Assembly (NCBI GenBank): GCA_017397835.1
Contig: JAFQHV010000007.1
Span: 9,962 to 73,961, forward strand
Length of the DNA: 64,000 bases
From: Oscillospiraceae bacterium
GTDB lineage: Bacteria > Bacillota > Clostridia > Oscillospirales > Oscillospiraceae
Direction of reading: 5' to 3'
Part shown: positions 28,494 to 39,149 of the stretch, one piece after another
How the letters are laid out: every line of letters starts with the position of its first letter
How positions within the stretch are numbered: the stretch's first letter is position 1
The notes under the pieces: generated by a model
Told to the model about the DNA's origin: nothing
Database searches by the model: none
Seen by the model: the letters and a program-made list of their open reading frames with translations, nothing else
Position numbers and translations under genes: made by a program

Positions 28494-29048
28494 ATGAGCG
28501 TTGATGTTAAGAATTACGACAGCAAAATGCTGAAGACCATCGAAGTGGTCAAGGCCAATTTCGCCTCTGTCCGTGCCGGCCGAGCCAACGCCGGCGTGCT
28601 GGACCGCATCATGGTGGAGTACTACGGCACGCCCACACCCCTGAACCAGGTGGCCGCCGTGTCCACGCCCGACCCCCGTACCCTGACTATTCAGCCCTGG
28701 GATGCCAGCCTGCTCAAGGAAATTGAGAAGGCCATCCAGATGTCCGATTTGGGTATCAACCCCCAGAACGACGGCCGACTGATCCGCCTGTCTTTCCCCC
28801 AGCTGACTGAGGAGCGCCGTAAGGATCTGACCAAGCAGGTCAAGAAGTACGCCGAGGACGGTAAGGTGGCCGTGCGCAACATCCGTCGCGACGCCATGGA
28901 CGACATCAAGGCGGCCAAGAAGAACTCCGAGATCACCGAGGATGACCAGAAGAATCTGGAGAAGGAACTGCAGGACCTGACCGACAAGCGCTGCAAGGAC
29001 ATTGACGAGCTGTGCGGCAAGAAGGAACAGGAGCTCATGGCGGTGTAA
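28494..29048 (+). CDS. frr: Ribosome recycling factor
   Basis: 184 aa with 'VRAGRANAGVLD' and 'IRNIRRDA'. Confidence 0.97.
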   Translation: MSVDVKNYDSKMLKTIEVVKANFASVRAGRANAGVLDRIMVEYYGTPTPLNQVAAVSTPDPRTLTIQPWDASLLKEIEKAIQMSDLGINPQNDGRLIRLSFPQLTEERRKDLTKQVKKYAEDGKVAVRNIRRDAMDDIKAAKKNSEITEDDQKNLEKELQDLTDKRCKDIDELCGKKEQELMAV

Positions 29049-29062
29049 AACCGATCTCACCG

Positions 29063-29101
29063 GGTGCAGGGTGCAAGAAAATCGCATCCTGCACCTTTTT
29101 A
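29063..29101 (+). terminator. Intrinsic terminator after frr
   Basis: GGTGCAGG-N17-CCTGCACC followed by TTTTT. Confidence 0.7.
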
Positions 29102-29128
29102 CAGAATTTATGGCAGAGGATGTTTGTT

Positions 29129-29875
29129 ATGGGCCTTTTTAACCGGAAAAAGAGCGGACAGGTGCAGGCGGACCTTACCAACCTGCCCCGCCATATCGCC
29201 ATTATCATGGACGGAAACGGCCGCTGGGCCAAGAAGCGCGGTATGCCCCGCACCGCCGGCCACGCCGCCGGAGCGGAGACCTTCCGCAGCATTGCTACCT
29301 ATTGTAAGGAAATTGGCCTTGAGTACTTAACGGTCTATGCTTTTTCCACCGAGAACTGGAAGCGGTCTGCGGAGGAAGTGGGCGCCTTGATGGGACTTTT
29401 GAAGAAGTACCTGCTGGAGGCCATCGAACAGATGGAGCGCGACCGGGTCAAGATGGAATTTTTTGGTGACCTGACCGCACTGGATCCCGAATTGCAGGAA
29501 CTGTGTCAAAAGACCCGTGAGATATCCAAGCGGTACGATGGCTGTCAGGTGAACATCTGCCTGAACTACGGCGGGCGGGACGAGATCGTCCGCGCGGCCA
29601 TGGCCTATGCGCAGGACTGCAAGGAGGGGAGGGCCTCGGCCGACAGCCTGACGGCGGAGCAGTTTGGTGAGTATCTGTTCTCCAAGGGCGTGCCTGACCC
29701 CGACCTGATCATCCGTCCCAGCGGCGAGCTGCGCCTGTCCAACTTCCTGCCTTGGCAGGCGGCCTATTCCGAGTTCTACTTTACCGACGTACTGTGGCCC
29801 GACTTTGACAAGGAAGAACTGCATCGTGCGATTGCGGCGTTCCAGAGCCGTTCCCGCCGGTTCGGAGGTGTGTGA
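29129..29875 (+). CDS. uppS: Isoprenyl transferase (undecaprenyl diphosphate synthase)
   Basis: ATG 29129 lies 8 nt after a GAGGA SD. Contains 'HIAIIMDGNGRWA' and 'IRPSGELRLSNFLPWQ'. Confidence 0.95.
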   Translation: MGLFNRKKSGQVQADLTNLPRHIAIIMDGNGRWAKKRGMPRTAGHAAGAETFRSIATYCKEIGLEYLTVYAFSTENWKRSAEEVGALMGLLKKYLLEAIEQMERDRVKMEFFGDLTALDPELQELCQKTREISKRYDGCQVNICLNYGGRDEIVRAAMAYAQDCKEGRASADSLTAEQFGEYLFSKGVPDPDLIIRPSGELRLSNFLPWQAAYSEFYFTDVLWPDFDKEELHRAIAAFQSRSRRFGGV

Positions 29876-30696
29876 TGCTGACTCGTATCGTGGTTGCGTT
29901 GATACTGGCCCCGTTCTTTGTAGCGGCGCTGACGGTGCTGCCGGAGCTTGCGCTGGTGATTATGGTAGCAGGTATCTTGGCCATTGCCGCCTTTGAGCTG
30001 CTGCGTGCCGTCGGTGTGACCAAAGAGCAGTGGTGCCTGTACTTTTTTACCGCGGCTTCGGCTGCTGTGGTGCCTTTTTTGGTTTGGAACGGCTGGAATA
30101 CAATTGGTGTAAAGGCGCTTGCCGTTGCACTTGCGTGCGCGCTGTTTACCTATGCGATCTTTCGTTATGAGCGCAAAGGCGCTGTGGACTCCGGGACGAT
30201 CCTGTTTTGCCTGATGGGTGGAATTCTGATCCCCGTGTTTTTCTCTTCGCTCATCCAGCTGCGCATGGAAGAAAACGGCTCCTTTAAGGTCCTGCTGCCG
30301 GTGGTGGTTGCTATTCTGACCGATACCGGAGCGTACTTTGTGGGCATGTTTTTGGGGAAGCACAGGGGGATCACCCTTGTTAGTCCCAAAAAATCTGCCG
30401 AGGGATTTGTGGGCGGTCTGCTGTCCGGTGTGGTATTCATGCTGTGCTATGGCGTGGTTCTTCAGCAGTGCTTTCACGTGCAGGTTTCCATGCCTGTCAT
30501 GGCGCTGTATGGATTTGTCGGCAGTCTTGTAACAATTTTGGGCGACCTGTCCTTTTCGCTGATCAAGCGGCAGGTGGGCATCAAGGACTATGGGCACCTG
30601 CTGCCCGGTCACGGCGGTATGCTTGACCGGTTTGACAGCACGATTTTTGCCGCGCCCGCTATGTGGGTGCTGATCAATGTTTTGCCCGCGTTTTGA
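29875..30696 (+). CDS. cdsA: Phosphatidate cytidylyltransferase
   Basis: Multi-TM protein with signature 'SLIKRQVGIKDYGHLLPGHGGMLDRFDS'. The start overlaps the uppS stop (GTG 29872 or ATG 29875). Confidence 0.93.
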   Translation: MLTRIVVALILAPFFVAALTVLPELALVIMVAGILAIAAFELLRAVGVTKEQWCLYFFTAASAAVVPFLVWNGWNTIGVKALAVALACALFTYAIFRYERKGAVDSGTILFCLMGGILIPVFFSSLIQLRMEENGSFKVLLPVVVAILTDTGAYFVGMFLGKHRGITLVSPKKSAEGFVGGLLSGVVFMLCYGVVLQQCFHVQVSMPVMALYGFVGSLVTILGDLSFSLIKRQVGIKDYGHLLPGHGGMLDRFDSTIFAAPAMWVLINVLPAF

Positions 30697-30707
30697 GAGG
30701 TTTTGGT

Positions 30708-31856
30708 ATGAAGCAACGTGTGATTTCCCTGCTGGGCTCTACCGGTTCCATTGGAAAGCAGTCCCTTGATGTGATCGCCGCCTGCGGTATGCGTGTAGCG
30801 GCTCTGACGGCGAACAATAATGTTGATTTGATCGAGCAGCAGGCCCGACAGTTTAGGCCGGAACTGGCTGTGCTGATGGACGAAAAAGCCGCTGCCGATC
30901 TGAAGCTGCGTCTTGCCGACACCGACATTCGAGTGGCGGCGGGCATGGACGGCCTGATCGAGGCGGCAACCCTTGACAGTGTGGATACTGTCATTACTGC
31001 CGTGATGGGCATGGTAGGTCTGCGGCCTACCCTTGCGGCGATCGAGAGGGGAAAACGCATCGCCCTTGCCAACAAGGAGACCCTTGTCTGCGGCGGTGAC
31101 GTGGTGATGGCGGCCGCAAAAAAGTATAACGCCGAAATTGTCCCGGTTGATTCGGAACACTCAGCCCTGTTCCAGTGCCTGCAGGCCAATCGGGACAGGG
31201 GAGAGGTCAAGCGGCTGATTTTGACCGCATCCGGCGGTCCGTTCTTTGGATGCACAAAGGAGCAGCTGGAGCAGGTGACACTGGCTCAGGCGCTGAAGCA
31301 TCCCAATTGGTCTATGGGTGCAAAGATCACCATTGACTCTGCTACGCTGATGAACAAGGGGCTGGAGTTTATCGAGGCTATGCATCTCTACGCCATGCCC
31401 CCGGAAAAAATCTCCATCGTGGTCCATCGGGAGAGTATCATTCACTCTTTGGTGGAATACTGTGATAATGCTATTCTGGCTCAAATCGGCTCAGCGGATA
31501 TGCGCCTGCCAATCCAGTACGCATTGACCTACCCGCAGCGCATTCCCGGCCCGGCTACGGCGCTGGATATGCTGAGCTGTCCCAATCTGACCTTTGCGCC
31601 TCCTGATCCGGAGACCTTTGAGTGCCTTGGCCTTGCGCTGACCGCGGCCCGTACCGGTGGCAATGCGGGTGCGGTGCTCAACGGCGCCAACGAGGCGGCG
31701 GTTGCCCTGTTCCTGCAGGAGAAGATCCGCTTTGTTGACATCGCGCGGCTGGTACGCTACGCCATGGAACAGGTGCCGGTTGCCCCTGTGACCGGGTTGG
31801 ATGATGTGCTGCGGGCAGATGCCGCGGCCCGTGAGGTCGTGCTGAGCCGGACATGA
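30708..31856 (+). CDS. dxr: 1-deoxy-D-xylulose-5-phosphate reductoisomerase
   Basis: Contains 'ISLLGSTGSIGKQSLDV', 'VDSEHSA' and 'HPNWSMG'. Confidence 0.96.
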   Translation: MKQRVISLLGSTGSIGKQSLDVIAACGMRVAALTANNNVDLIEQQARQFRPELAVLMDEKAAADLKLRLADTDIRVAAGMDGLIEAATLDSVDTVITAVMGMVGLRPTLAAIERGKRIALANKETLVCGGDVVMAAAKKYNAEIVPVDSEHSALFQCLQANRDRGEVKRLILTASGGPFFGCTKEQLEQVTLAQALKHPNWSMGAKITIDSATLMNKGLEFIEAMHLYAMPPEKISIVVHRESIIHSLVEYCDNAILAQIGSADMRLPIQYALTYPQRIPGPATALDMLSCPNLTFAPPDPETFECLGLALTAARTGGNAGAVLNGANEAAVALFLQEKIRFVDIARLVRYAMEQVPVAPVTGLDDVLRADAAAREVVLSRT

Positions 31857-31877
31857 TCACTTGTTTTTGGAGGAGTT

Positions 31878-32936
31878 ATGCTGGTTTATATCCTGATCGC
31901 GCTGCTGCTGTTCGGCGTTTTGGTTGCTGTGCATGAATTTGGACACTTCGCCACCGCAAAGCTGCTTGGTGTGCGGGTGAACGAGTTTGCCATTGGCATG
32001 GGCCCGGCGCTGTGGAAGCGGCAGCGGGGGGAAACGCAGTATTCTCTGCGTGTCTTTCCGGTGGGTGGCTACTGCGCCATGGAGGGCGAGGATGAAGAGT
32101 CCGACGACCTGCGGGCGTTTGGGGTTCAGCCGATGTGGAAACGGCTGATCATCCTGTGTGCCGGCGCATTTATGAACTTCTTGGCCGGACTGTTGCTGAT
32201 TCTGCTGTTGTACGCAGGGGCAAAGACGTTTGTAACACCTGTAATTTCAGGGTTTGTGGACGGATTTCCGCTGGTAGGGGAGCAGGGATTGATGGCGGGT
32301 GACCGTATTGTCAGCATTGATGGCGAGCGGGTATACCTTGCCAGCGACGTTTCGCTGCTGTTGGGCCGCGCAGGGGATACGGTTGACCTTGTGGTCGAGC
32401 GCGATGGCCGGAAACTGAAATTGAATGACCTGCCGCTCACGCTGCGGGAGTATAGCGTGGAAGGTCAGCCGGTGAAGATGTACGGCCTGTATTTTGATAC
32501 GGAAGAGGCTACAATTCTGGCCAAACTGCGAAACAGCTGGCTGAATGCGGTGGACTTTGTTCGTTTGGTGCGGTTGAGCCTGATCGACCTGTTGAGCGGC
32601 AGTGCCGGAGTCAAGGATTTGACCGGCCCCATCGGGATCGTAGACACCATTGCGCAGGTGGGCAGCCAATCGGCGACGATGGCCATTGCCGTGCAGAATA
32701 TTCTGTATTTTGGTGCGCTGATCGCGGTCAATCTGGCGGTGATGAACCTGCTGCCGCTGCCGGCGCTGGACGGCGGGCGGGTATTCTTCCTGCTTATCAA
32801 CGCCTTGTGGCAGCTTATTTTTGGAAAAAAGATAAACCCCAAGTACGAGGGGTACGTTCACTTTGCGGGCCTTCTGGCGCTGCTTGCTCTGATGGCGGTG
32901 GTGGCCTTTAACGATCTGGTTCGTATCTTTGGCTGA
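31878..32936 (+). CDS. rseP: RIP metalloprotease RseP/RasP (site-2 protease)
   Basis: 352 aa with 'HEFGH' zinc motif, a central PDZ-like region and 'NLLPLPALDGG'. Confidence 0.93.
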   Translation: MLVYILIALLLFGVLVAVHEFGHFATAKLLGVRVNEFAIGMGPALWKRQRGETQYSLRVFPVGGYCAMEGEDEESDDLRAFGVQPMWKRLIILCAGAFMNFLAGLLLILLLYAGAKTFVTPVISGFVDGFPLVGEQGLMAGDRIVSIDGERVYLASDVSLLLGRAGDTVDLVVERDGRKLKLNDLPLTLREYSVEGQPVKMYGLYFDTEEATILAKLRNSWLNAVDFVRLVRLSLIDLLSGSAGVKDLTGPIGIVDTIAQVGSQSATMAIAVQNILYFGALIAVNLAVMNLLPLPALDGGRVFFLLINALWQLIFGKKINPKYEGYVHFAGLLALLALMAVVAFNDLVRIFG

Positions 32937-32942
32937 GAAAAG

Positions 32943-33989
32943 GTGATTTCTGTGAGCAAACAAATCATGGTGGGAAATGTACCCGTGGGCGGTGGCGCGC
33001 CGGTTTCCGTTCAGTCCATGTGCAATACCCGCACCGATGACGTTGCGGCTACCGTGGAACAGATCCGCCGTCTGTCCGCCGCCGGCTGTCAGATCATCCG
33101 TGTGGCAGTCCCTGACATGGACGCCGCCCGTGCGGTGGGGGCCATCAAGGAACAAATCGACATTCCTCTTGTGGTGGACATCCACTTTGACTACAAACTG
33201 GCACTGGAGGCCATTGCCGCCGGTGCCGACAAGGTGCGTATCAATCCCGGCAACATCGGAGGAGAAGATCGGGTCAAGGCGGTGGCGGATGCCTGCCGAA
33301 GGAAGAACATCCCCGTCCGAATCGGGGTCAACGGCGGCTCGCTTGAAAAGTCGCTGCTTGCCAAATACGGCGGCGTATGCCCGGAGGCTATGGTGGAGTC
33401 TGCCTTTGGACACGTGCGCCTGCTGAACAAGTTTGATTTTGACGACATCTGCATTTCGCTCAAGTCTTCCAGTGTTCCTATGACCATGAAAGCCTATCAG
33501 CTGATGCGGATGAAAAGTGATTATCCTTTACATATTGGCGTGACGGAGGCCGGCACGGTCCGCATGGGTACGCTGAAATCTGCCGTTGGTATCGGTGGTC
33601 TGCTGGCTATGGGGATCGGTGATACCATGCGGGTGTCCCTGTCTGCCGACCCTGTGGAGGAAGTGTATGCCGCCCGCGAGATTTTGAAAGCGGCCGGTAT
33701 CCGCAAGGAGGGGGCGGAACTGGTGTCCTGCCCGACCTGCGGACGCACTCGCATTGACCTAATCGGCCTTGCCAACGAGGTGGAGCAGCGGCTGCAAAGC
33801 GTGGACAAACCCATCACCGTAGCGGTCATGGGCTGCGTGGTCAACGGCCCCGGTGAGGCCTCGGCTGCCGATTGCGGCATTGCCGGCGGTGTTGGGGAGG
33901 GTTTGCTCTTTAAGAAGGGTCAAATCGTGAAGAAGGTTCCCCAGGAGCAGTTGGTGGATGAATTGTTTGCTTTGATTGACACGCTGTAA
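32943..33989 (+). CDS. ispG: 4-hydroxy-3-methylbut-2-en-1-yl diphosphate synthase (flavodoxin)
   Basis: Contains 'VGGGAPVSVQSM', 'RINPGNIG' and the Fe-S cysteines 'CPTCGR' and 'GCVVNGPGE'. An alternative GTG start at 32952 is better spaced from the AAGGTG SD. Confidence 0.95.
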   Translation: MISVSKQIMVGNVPVGGGAPVSVQSMCNTRTDDVAATVEQIRRLSAAGCQIIRVAVPDMDAARAVGAIKEQIDIPLVVDIHFDYKLALEAIAAGADKVRINPGNIGGEDRVKAVADACRRKNIPVRIGVNGGSLEKSLLAKYGGVCPEAMVESAFGHVRLLNKFDFDDICISLKSSSVPMTMKAYQLMRMKSDYPLHIGVTEAGTVRMGTLKSAVGIGGLLAMGIGDTMRVSLSADPVEEVYAAREILKAAGIRKEGAELVSCPTCGRTRIDLIGLANEVEQRLQSVDKPITVAVMGCVVNGPGEASAADCGIAGGVGEGLLFKKGQIVKKVPQEQLVDELFALIDTL

Positions 33990-34024
33990 GGCGTTGTCTT
34001 GTACGTAAGGAGAGTAAAAGCGTA

Positions 34025-37000
34025 ATGTCCGAGAAGATCCCGTTTCTGAATATGTTTGCTGCCCTGTGCGGTGAGGGAGAACTGTCCCGCGCCGCAGCGG
34101 GCTGGCTCATCGTATCTGCGGCGATTGACCGCGCCCAGCGCAGCGCCCACATTCGTGTGGAGGGTGCGGCCCAGGCGGGGGATGTCGTGCTGCAGATGGC
34201 GCAGGAACAGCTCTGCCGTGCCTACGGACTCAACCGTGCTGTGATCGAGTCTGTGACGGAAGAGATCCCGCAGCAGGCGGAGCTCCCCAAGCGGGAGCCG
34301 CCTGTACGTGACGTGCCGGCGCAGGAGGCTGCGCACGAAGATGTATTTGCCAGAACCCAGGCCATTCGGGATGCCGCGCTGAAAAATATTGTGCGTGCAG
34401 TCCCTTCCGGGGAGGAAAAGAAAGCCAACTCCGAACACGGTAAGGTCATCTACGGCCACGTGGTGAAGAAAAAGCCGGTCCCCATGGGGGATTTGGAACT
34501 GGATATGGGAACTGTGGTCATCGAGGGCGATGTGTTTGCCATTGACCACCGGGAGTTGAAAAAGCGCAACGCCTGGGTGATCGCCTTTGACGTGACCGAC
34601 TACACCGGCTCGGTGCGGGTGAACAAGTTCCTGCCCGCCGAAGAGGGCAAGGCCATTGTGGACGGGGTCAAGAAGGGGCAGCACCTGATCATTCAGGGGC
34701 GGTTGAACCTTGACCGTTTCTATGGCGATATGGTGCTGGAACCCGCCTCAATCATGGAGGGAAAGAAAGAGATGCGGCAGGATACCGCACCGGAGAAGCG
34801 AGTGGAGCTGCATATGCACACCACTATGTCCTCCATGGATGCTCTGACCTGTGTGGGTCCCAAGCTGGGACCGGAGAAGAACCTCGTCAAGCGTGCGCAG
34901 TCCTGGGGACATAAGGCAGTGGCCATCACGGACCACGGTGTGGCGCAGTCTTTCCCCGATGCCTGGCACTCGGCCAAGGATATCAAGATCCTTTACGGTG
35001 TGGAGGCGTACTACATCAACGACGTGGACGACCGGGTGGCGGTCCACGGTGACCGTGAGCAGCCGCTGACCGACGAGATCGTCTGTTTTGATATTGAGAC
35101 CACCGGCCTGAATCGGAAGCTGGACCGCATCACTGAGATCGGTGCGGTGGTGCTGCGGGACGGCAAGCCGGCGGAGACGTTTAACACGTTTGCAGACCCC
35201 GGCCGCATTCTGGACCCGGAAAACATCCGGCTGACGGGCATTACGGACGAGATGCTGAAGGGTGCGCCCTCCCAGAAGGAGGCGCTTCGCGCCTTTTTGG
35301 AGTTTGCGGGCGACCGTCCGTTGGCGGCCCACAATGCGGACTTTGACATGGGGTTTATTGCCGAGGGCTGCCGCCGGTACGACATTCCGTTCAATAACAC
35401 CTCCTTGGACAGTCTGGTGTTGGCCCAAAATCTGCTGCCCGAACTGTCAAAATACAAGCTGGACATCGTAGCGGAGCACCTGCATTTGCCGGAGTTCAAC
35501 CACCACCGTGCCAGCGATGATGCTGTTACGGTGGCCTATATGCTGCCGCCTCTGTTTGAAAAACTGGGCGCGCTGGGTGTCAGCACCTTGCAGCAGATCA
35601 ATCCTGCCATGGAGCCTCTGCGCAGTCAGGCGGGAGCCAAGGTCAAGCGGCAGCCCAAGCACCTTATCATCCTTGCCAAGAATCAGGAGGGGCTGCGCAA
35701 TCTCTACAAGTTGATTTCCCTGTCCCATTTGGAGCATTTCAAGCGCTATCCCATCATCCCTAAGAGCCTGATCAATGAAAACAGGGAAGGTCTGATCCTC
35801 GGTTCTGCTTGCGAGGCGGGTGAGCTGTTCGGTGCCCTGGTGGATGGGAAGAGCTGGGACGAGCTCAAACGCATCGGTGCCTGGTACGACTATTTGGAGA
35901 TCCAACCCATATGCAACAATATGTTCATGCTGCGTAAGGGCGTGGTAAACAGCGAGGAGGAGCTGCGAGACTTCAACCGGGCCATCGTTCGGCTGGGCCG
36001 CGATTTGGACAAGCCTGTGTGCGCCACCGGCGACGTGCATTTTATGGACCCGGAGGACGAAATTTACCGCCACATTCTGTTGGCCTCCAAGGGGTTTGAA
36101 GATGCGGACGAGCCGCTGCCCATTTACTTTAAGACCACCGACGAGATGCTGGAAGAGTTCGCCTATTTGGGCGAAGACGTGGCGAAAGAAGTGGTGGTGA
36201 CCAACACCAATTTGATTGCCGACTGGTGCGAGGCGGTCGTGCCCCTGCCCAAAGGTCTGTTTGCACCAAAACTGGAGGACTCCGATGGGGAACTCAAGCG
36301 GCTTGTTTGGGGTAAAGCACATGAGCTTTACGGGGAAGAACCGCCGCAGATCGTGGTGGATCGTCTGAATACAGAGCTTGGTGACATCATCGGCTGTAAG
36401 TACGACGTGATCTATATGTCGGCCCAAAAGCTGGTGCAGGACTCGCTTGCCCATGGCTATCTGGTGGGGTCACGCGGCTCGGTGGGGTCCTCGCTGGTGG
36501 CCTTTATGTCCGGCATTACCGAGGTAAACTCTCTGCCTGCCCACTACCGCTGCCCCAACTGCAAGCACTCGGACTTTGACTATGCGCAGGATCCGGAGCA
36601 TCCTTACGGCTGCGGTGCGGATATGCCGGATAGGAATTGCCCGGTGTGCGGCACGCCCTATGCCAAGGACGGCTTCAACATTCCTTTCGAAACCTTCCTT
36701 GGGTTCGGCGGCGACAAGGTGCCTGATATCGACCTGAACTTCTCCGGCGAGTATCAGGGCAATGCCCACCGCTATACCTTCGAACTGTTTGGTCAGACTC
36801 ACGTGTTCCGTGCCGGTACGGTGGGAACTGTGGCGGAAAAGACTGCCTTTGGCTATGTGAAGAAGTATCTGGACGAGCATGGGCAGATCGCGTCCAAGGC
36901 GGAGGAAAACCGCCTTGCCATCGGCTGTACCGGCGTGAAGCGCACCACGGGTCAGCACCCCGGCGGCATGGTAGTTATTCCGCAGGATAAGGAGATCTAC

Positions 37001-38161
37001 GATTTCTGTCCCGTCCAGCATCCGGCGGACGATCCCAACAGCGACATCATTACCACCCATTTTGAATATCATTCCATGGAGTCCAATCTCTTGAAATTGG
37101 ACATTTTAGGTCACGATGACCCGTCCATGATCCGCATGCTGCAGGACCTGACCGGGGTGGATCCCCAAAAGATCCCTCTGGACGATAAGGACACCATGTC
37201 CATCTTCAGTAAATCCAAGGCGCTGGGGTATGAGGATGACCCGGTGCTTGGACCTACGGGCGGCACCGCCATTCCTGAGTTTGGCACCACCTTTGTCCGC
37301 GGTATGCTGGAGGATACCCAACCCGACCAGTTCGATACCCTGGTACGGCTGTCCGGCTTCTCCCACGGTACCGACGTGTGGCTGGGCAACGCAAAGGACC
37401 TGATCACCTCCGGAACAGCCAAGGTCAACGAGGCCATCGGCTGCCGTGACGACATCATGATCTTCCTGATCTCTAAGGGGATCGCGCCCAAGCGTGCGTT
37501 CAAAATCATGGAGGCGGTGCGAAAGGGACGCGGCCTGCCCGAGGGGGCCGAGGACGACATGAAGGCGGCCGGGGTGCCCCAGTGGTACATCGACTCCTGT
37601 AAAAAGATCGCCTATCTGTTCCCCAAGGCGCACGCGGTGGCCTACGTGATGATGGCATTCCGCATTGCGTGGTTCAAGGTGCACCGTCCTCTGGCATTCT
37701 ACGCGGCCTATTTCTCCATCCGTGCCAAGGCCTTTGACGAGGCGTTTATGTGCCGAGGCATGGACGTAGTCAAGCGGAAGATGCGGGAGATCCAACTCAA
37801 GGACAAGGAGGCCTCCGCCGTGGAGCAGGATATGCTCACCACGCTGGAGGTGTGCTATGAGTTCTATCTGCGCGGCTTCTCGTTCCGCAACATCGACATC
37901 TATCAGTCCGATGCCATCAACTTCACCATGAACGAGGAGGAGGGGACCTTGCGCCCGCCCTTCGTGTCCGTGGCGGGACTTGGCGAAACGGCGGCCCTGT
38001 CCATTGTGGAGCAGTGCCGCGGCAAGCAGTTCGTGTCCATTGAGGAGATGTCTGCCGCCTGTCCCAAGGTGTCCAAGACCCACATCGAACTGCTGAAGGC
38101 GGCGGGGGCGTTTGGAACACTGCCCGAAACCAGTCAGCTTGACCTGTTCTCCATGCTGTGA
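34025..38161 (+). CDS. polC: PolC-type DNA polymerase III alpha subunit
   Basis: 1378 aa with PHP 'VELHMHTTMS', inserted 3'-5' exonuclease 'FDIETTGL' and polymerase core. It holds the conserved position after rseP/ispG. Confidence 0.97.
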   Translation: MSEKIPFLNMFAALCGEGELSRAAAGWLIVSAAIDRAQRSAHIRVEGAAQAGDVVLQMAQEQLCRAYGLNRAVIESVTEEIPQQAELPKREPPVRDVPAQEAAHEDVFARTQAIRDAALKNIVRAVPSGEEKKANSEHGKVIYGHVVKKKPVPMGDLELDMGTVVIEGDVFAIDHRELKKRNAWVIAFDVTDYTGSVRVNKFLPAEEGKAIVDGVKKGQHLIIQGRLNLDRFYGDMVLEPASIMEGKKEMRQDTAPEKRVELHMHTTMSSMDALTCVGPKLGPEKNLVKRAQSWGHKAVAITDHGVAQSFPDAWHSAKDIKILYGVEAYYINDVDDRVAVHGDREQPLTDEIVCFDIETTGLNRKLDRITEIGAVVLRDGKPAETFNTFADPGRILDPENIRLTGITDEMLKGAPSQKEALRAFLEFAGDRPLAAHNADFDMGFIAEGCRRYDIPFNNTSLDSLVLAQNLLPELSKYKLDIVAEHLHLPEFNHHRASDDAVTVAYMLPPLFEKLGALGVSTLQQINPAMEPLRSQAGAKVKRQPKHLIILAKNQEGLRNLYKLISLSHLEHFKRYPIIPKSLINENREGLILGSACEAGELFGALVDGKSWDELKRIGAWYDYLEIQPICNNMFMLRKGVVNSEEELRDFNRAIVRLGRDLDKPVCATGDVHFMDPEDEIYRHILLASKGFEDADEPLPIYFKTTDEMLEEFAYLGEDVAKEVVVTNTNLIADWCEAVVPLPKGLFAPKLEDSDGELKRLVWGKAHELYGEEPPQIVVDRLNTELGDIIGCKYDVIYMSAQKLVQDSLAHGYLVGSRGSVGSSLVAFMSGITEVNSLPAHYRCPNCKHSDFDYAQDPEHPYGCGADMPDRNCPVCGTPYAKDGFNIPFETFLGFGGDKVPDIDLNFSGEYQGNAHRYTFELFGQTHVFRAGTVGTVAEKTAFGYVKKYLDEHGQIASKAEENRLAIGCTGVKRTTGQHPGGMVVIPQDKEIYDFCPVQHPADDPNSDIITTHFEYHSMESNLLKLDILGHDDPSMIRMLQDLTGVDPQKIPLDDKDTMSIFSKSKALGYEDDPVLGPTGGTAIPEFGTTFVRGMLEDTQPDQFDTLVRLSGFSHGTDVWLGNAKDLITSGTAKVNEAIGCRDDIMIFLISKGIAPKRAFKIMEAVRKGRGLPEGAEDDMKAAGVPQWYIDSCKKIAYLFPKAHAVAYVMMAFRIAWFKVHRPLAFYAAYFSIRAKAFDEAFMCRGMDVVKRKMREIQLKDKEASAVEQDMLTTLEVCYEFYLRGFSFRNIDIYQSDAINFTMNEEEGTLRPPFVSVAGLGETAALSIVEQCRGKQFVSIEEMSAACPKVSKTHIELLKAAGAFGTLPETSQLDLFSML

Positions 38162-38201
38162 TAGGATAACAGCAGAAATCCGAACCGAGGAAGGTGACGG
38201 A

Positions 38202-39149
38202 ATGAAAAAGATCTCAATTATCGTGCCCTGCTACAACGAGCAGGAGGTACTGCCCCTGTTTTACGCCGAGATCACCCGTGTGGCCGGCCTGATGGAGGAG
38301 TATGCCTTTGAATTCCTGTTTGTTGACGACGGCTCCAAGGATAAGACCATGGAGGTCGTCCGTGCCTTTGCTGAACAGGATGAGCGGGTGAAATATGTGT
38401 CCTTCTCCCGCAATTTTGGCAAGGAAGCGGCCATGTATGCCGGATTTACCCATGCCTGCGGCGACTACGTTGCTGTGATGGATGCCGATTTGCAGGATCC
38501 GCCCGCCCTGCTGCCTGAGATGATGGATGCCATCAAAAAGGAAGGATACGACTCCGTTGCCACCCGGCGGGTGACCCGAAAGGGTGAGCCGCCCATCCGT
38601 TCGTTCTTTGCGCGCTGCTTCTACAAGCTGATGCGCCGCATTTCCAAGACCGAGATGGTGGACGGCGCCCGGGACTACCGCCTGATGACCCGGAAGTTTG
38701 TCAACTCCCTGCTGGAACTGGGGGAGTATAACCGCTTCTCCAAGGGGTTGTACGGCTGGGTCGGCTATAAGACCAAGTGGCTGGAGTACGAAAACGTCGA
38801 GCGGGCGGCGGGGGAGACCAAGTGGTCCTTTTGGAAACTGCTGCTGTACAGCATTGAGGGCATCGTGGCTTTTTCTGCCGCGCCCCTTGCCATTGCTGCG
38901 GTGACGGGACTTGTGTGCTGTCTGCTGGCGTTCGTATTTATTTTGGTCATCATTATCCGGACCCTGTTGTTTGGCGACCCGGTGGCCGGCTGGCCGTCTT
39001 TGGTGTGTGTGATTTTGCTTGTTGGTGGTTTGCAGTTGTTCTGCATGGGCATTTTGGGTGAGTATTTGGCCAAGACCTATCTGGAAGTCAAGGAGCGCCC
39101 CATCTACATCTGCCGCGAGAGCAATACGCAGCCTTACAATGCCGAATAA
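38202..39149 (+). CDS. Glycosyltransferase family 2 (GtrB/bactoprenol-glycosyltransferase-like)
   Basis: ATG 38202 after a GAGGAAGG SD. Contains 'ISIIVPCYNE' and 'DADLQDP', with two C-terminal TM helices. Confidence 0.85.
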   Translation: MKKISIIVPCYNEQEVLPLFYAEITRVAGLMEEYAFEFLFVDDGSKDKTMEVVRAFAEQDERVKYVSFSRNFGKEAAMYAGFTHACGDYVAVMDADLQDPPALLPEMMDAIKKEGYDSVATRRVTRKGEPPIRSFFARCFYKLMRRISKTEMVDGARDYRLMTRKFVNSLLELGEYNRFSKGLYGWVGYKTKWLEYENVERAAGETKWSFWKLLLYSIEGIVAFSAAPLAIAAVTGLVCCLLAFVFILVIIIRTLLFGDPVAGWPSLVCVILLVGGLQLFCMGILGEYLAKTYLEVKERPIYICRESNTQPYNAE

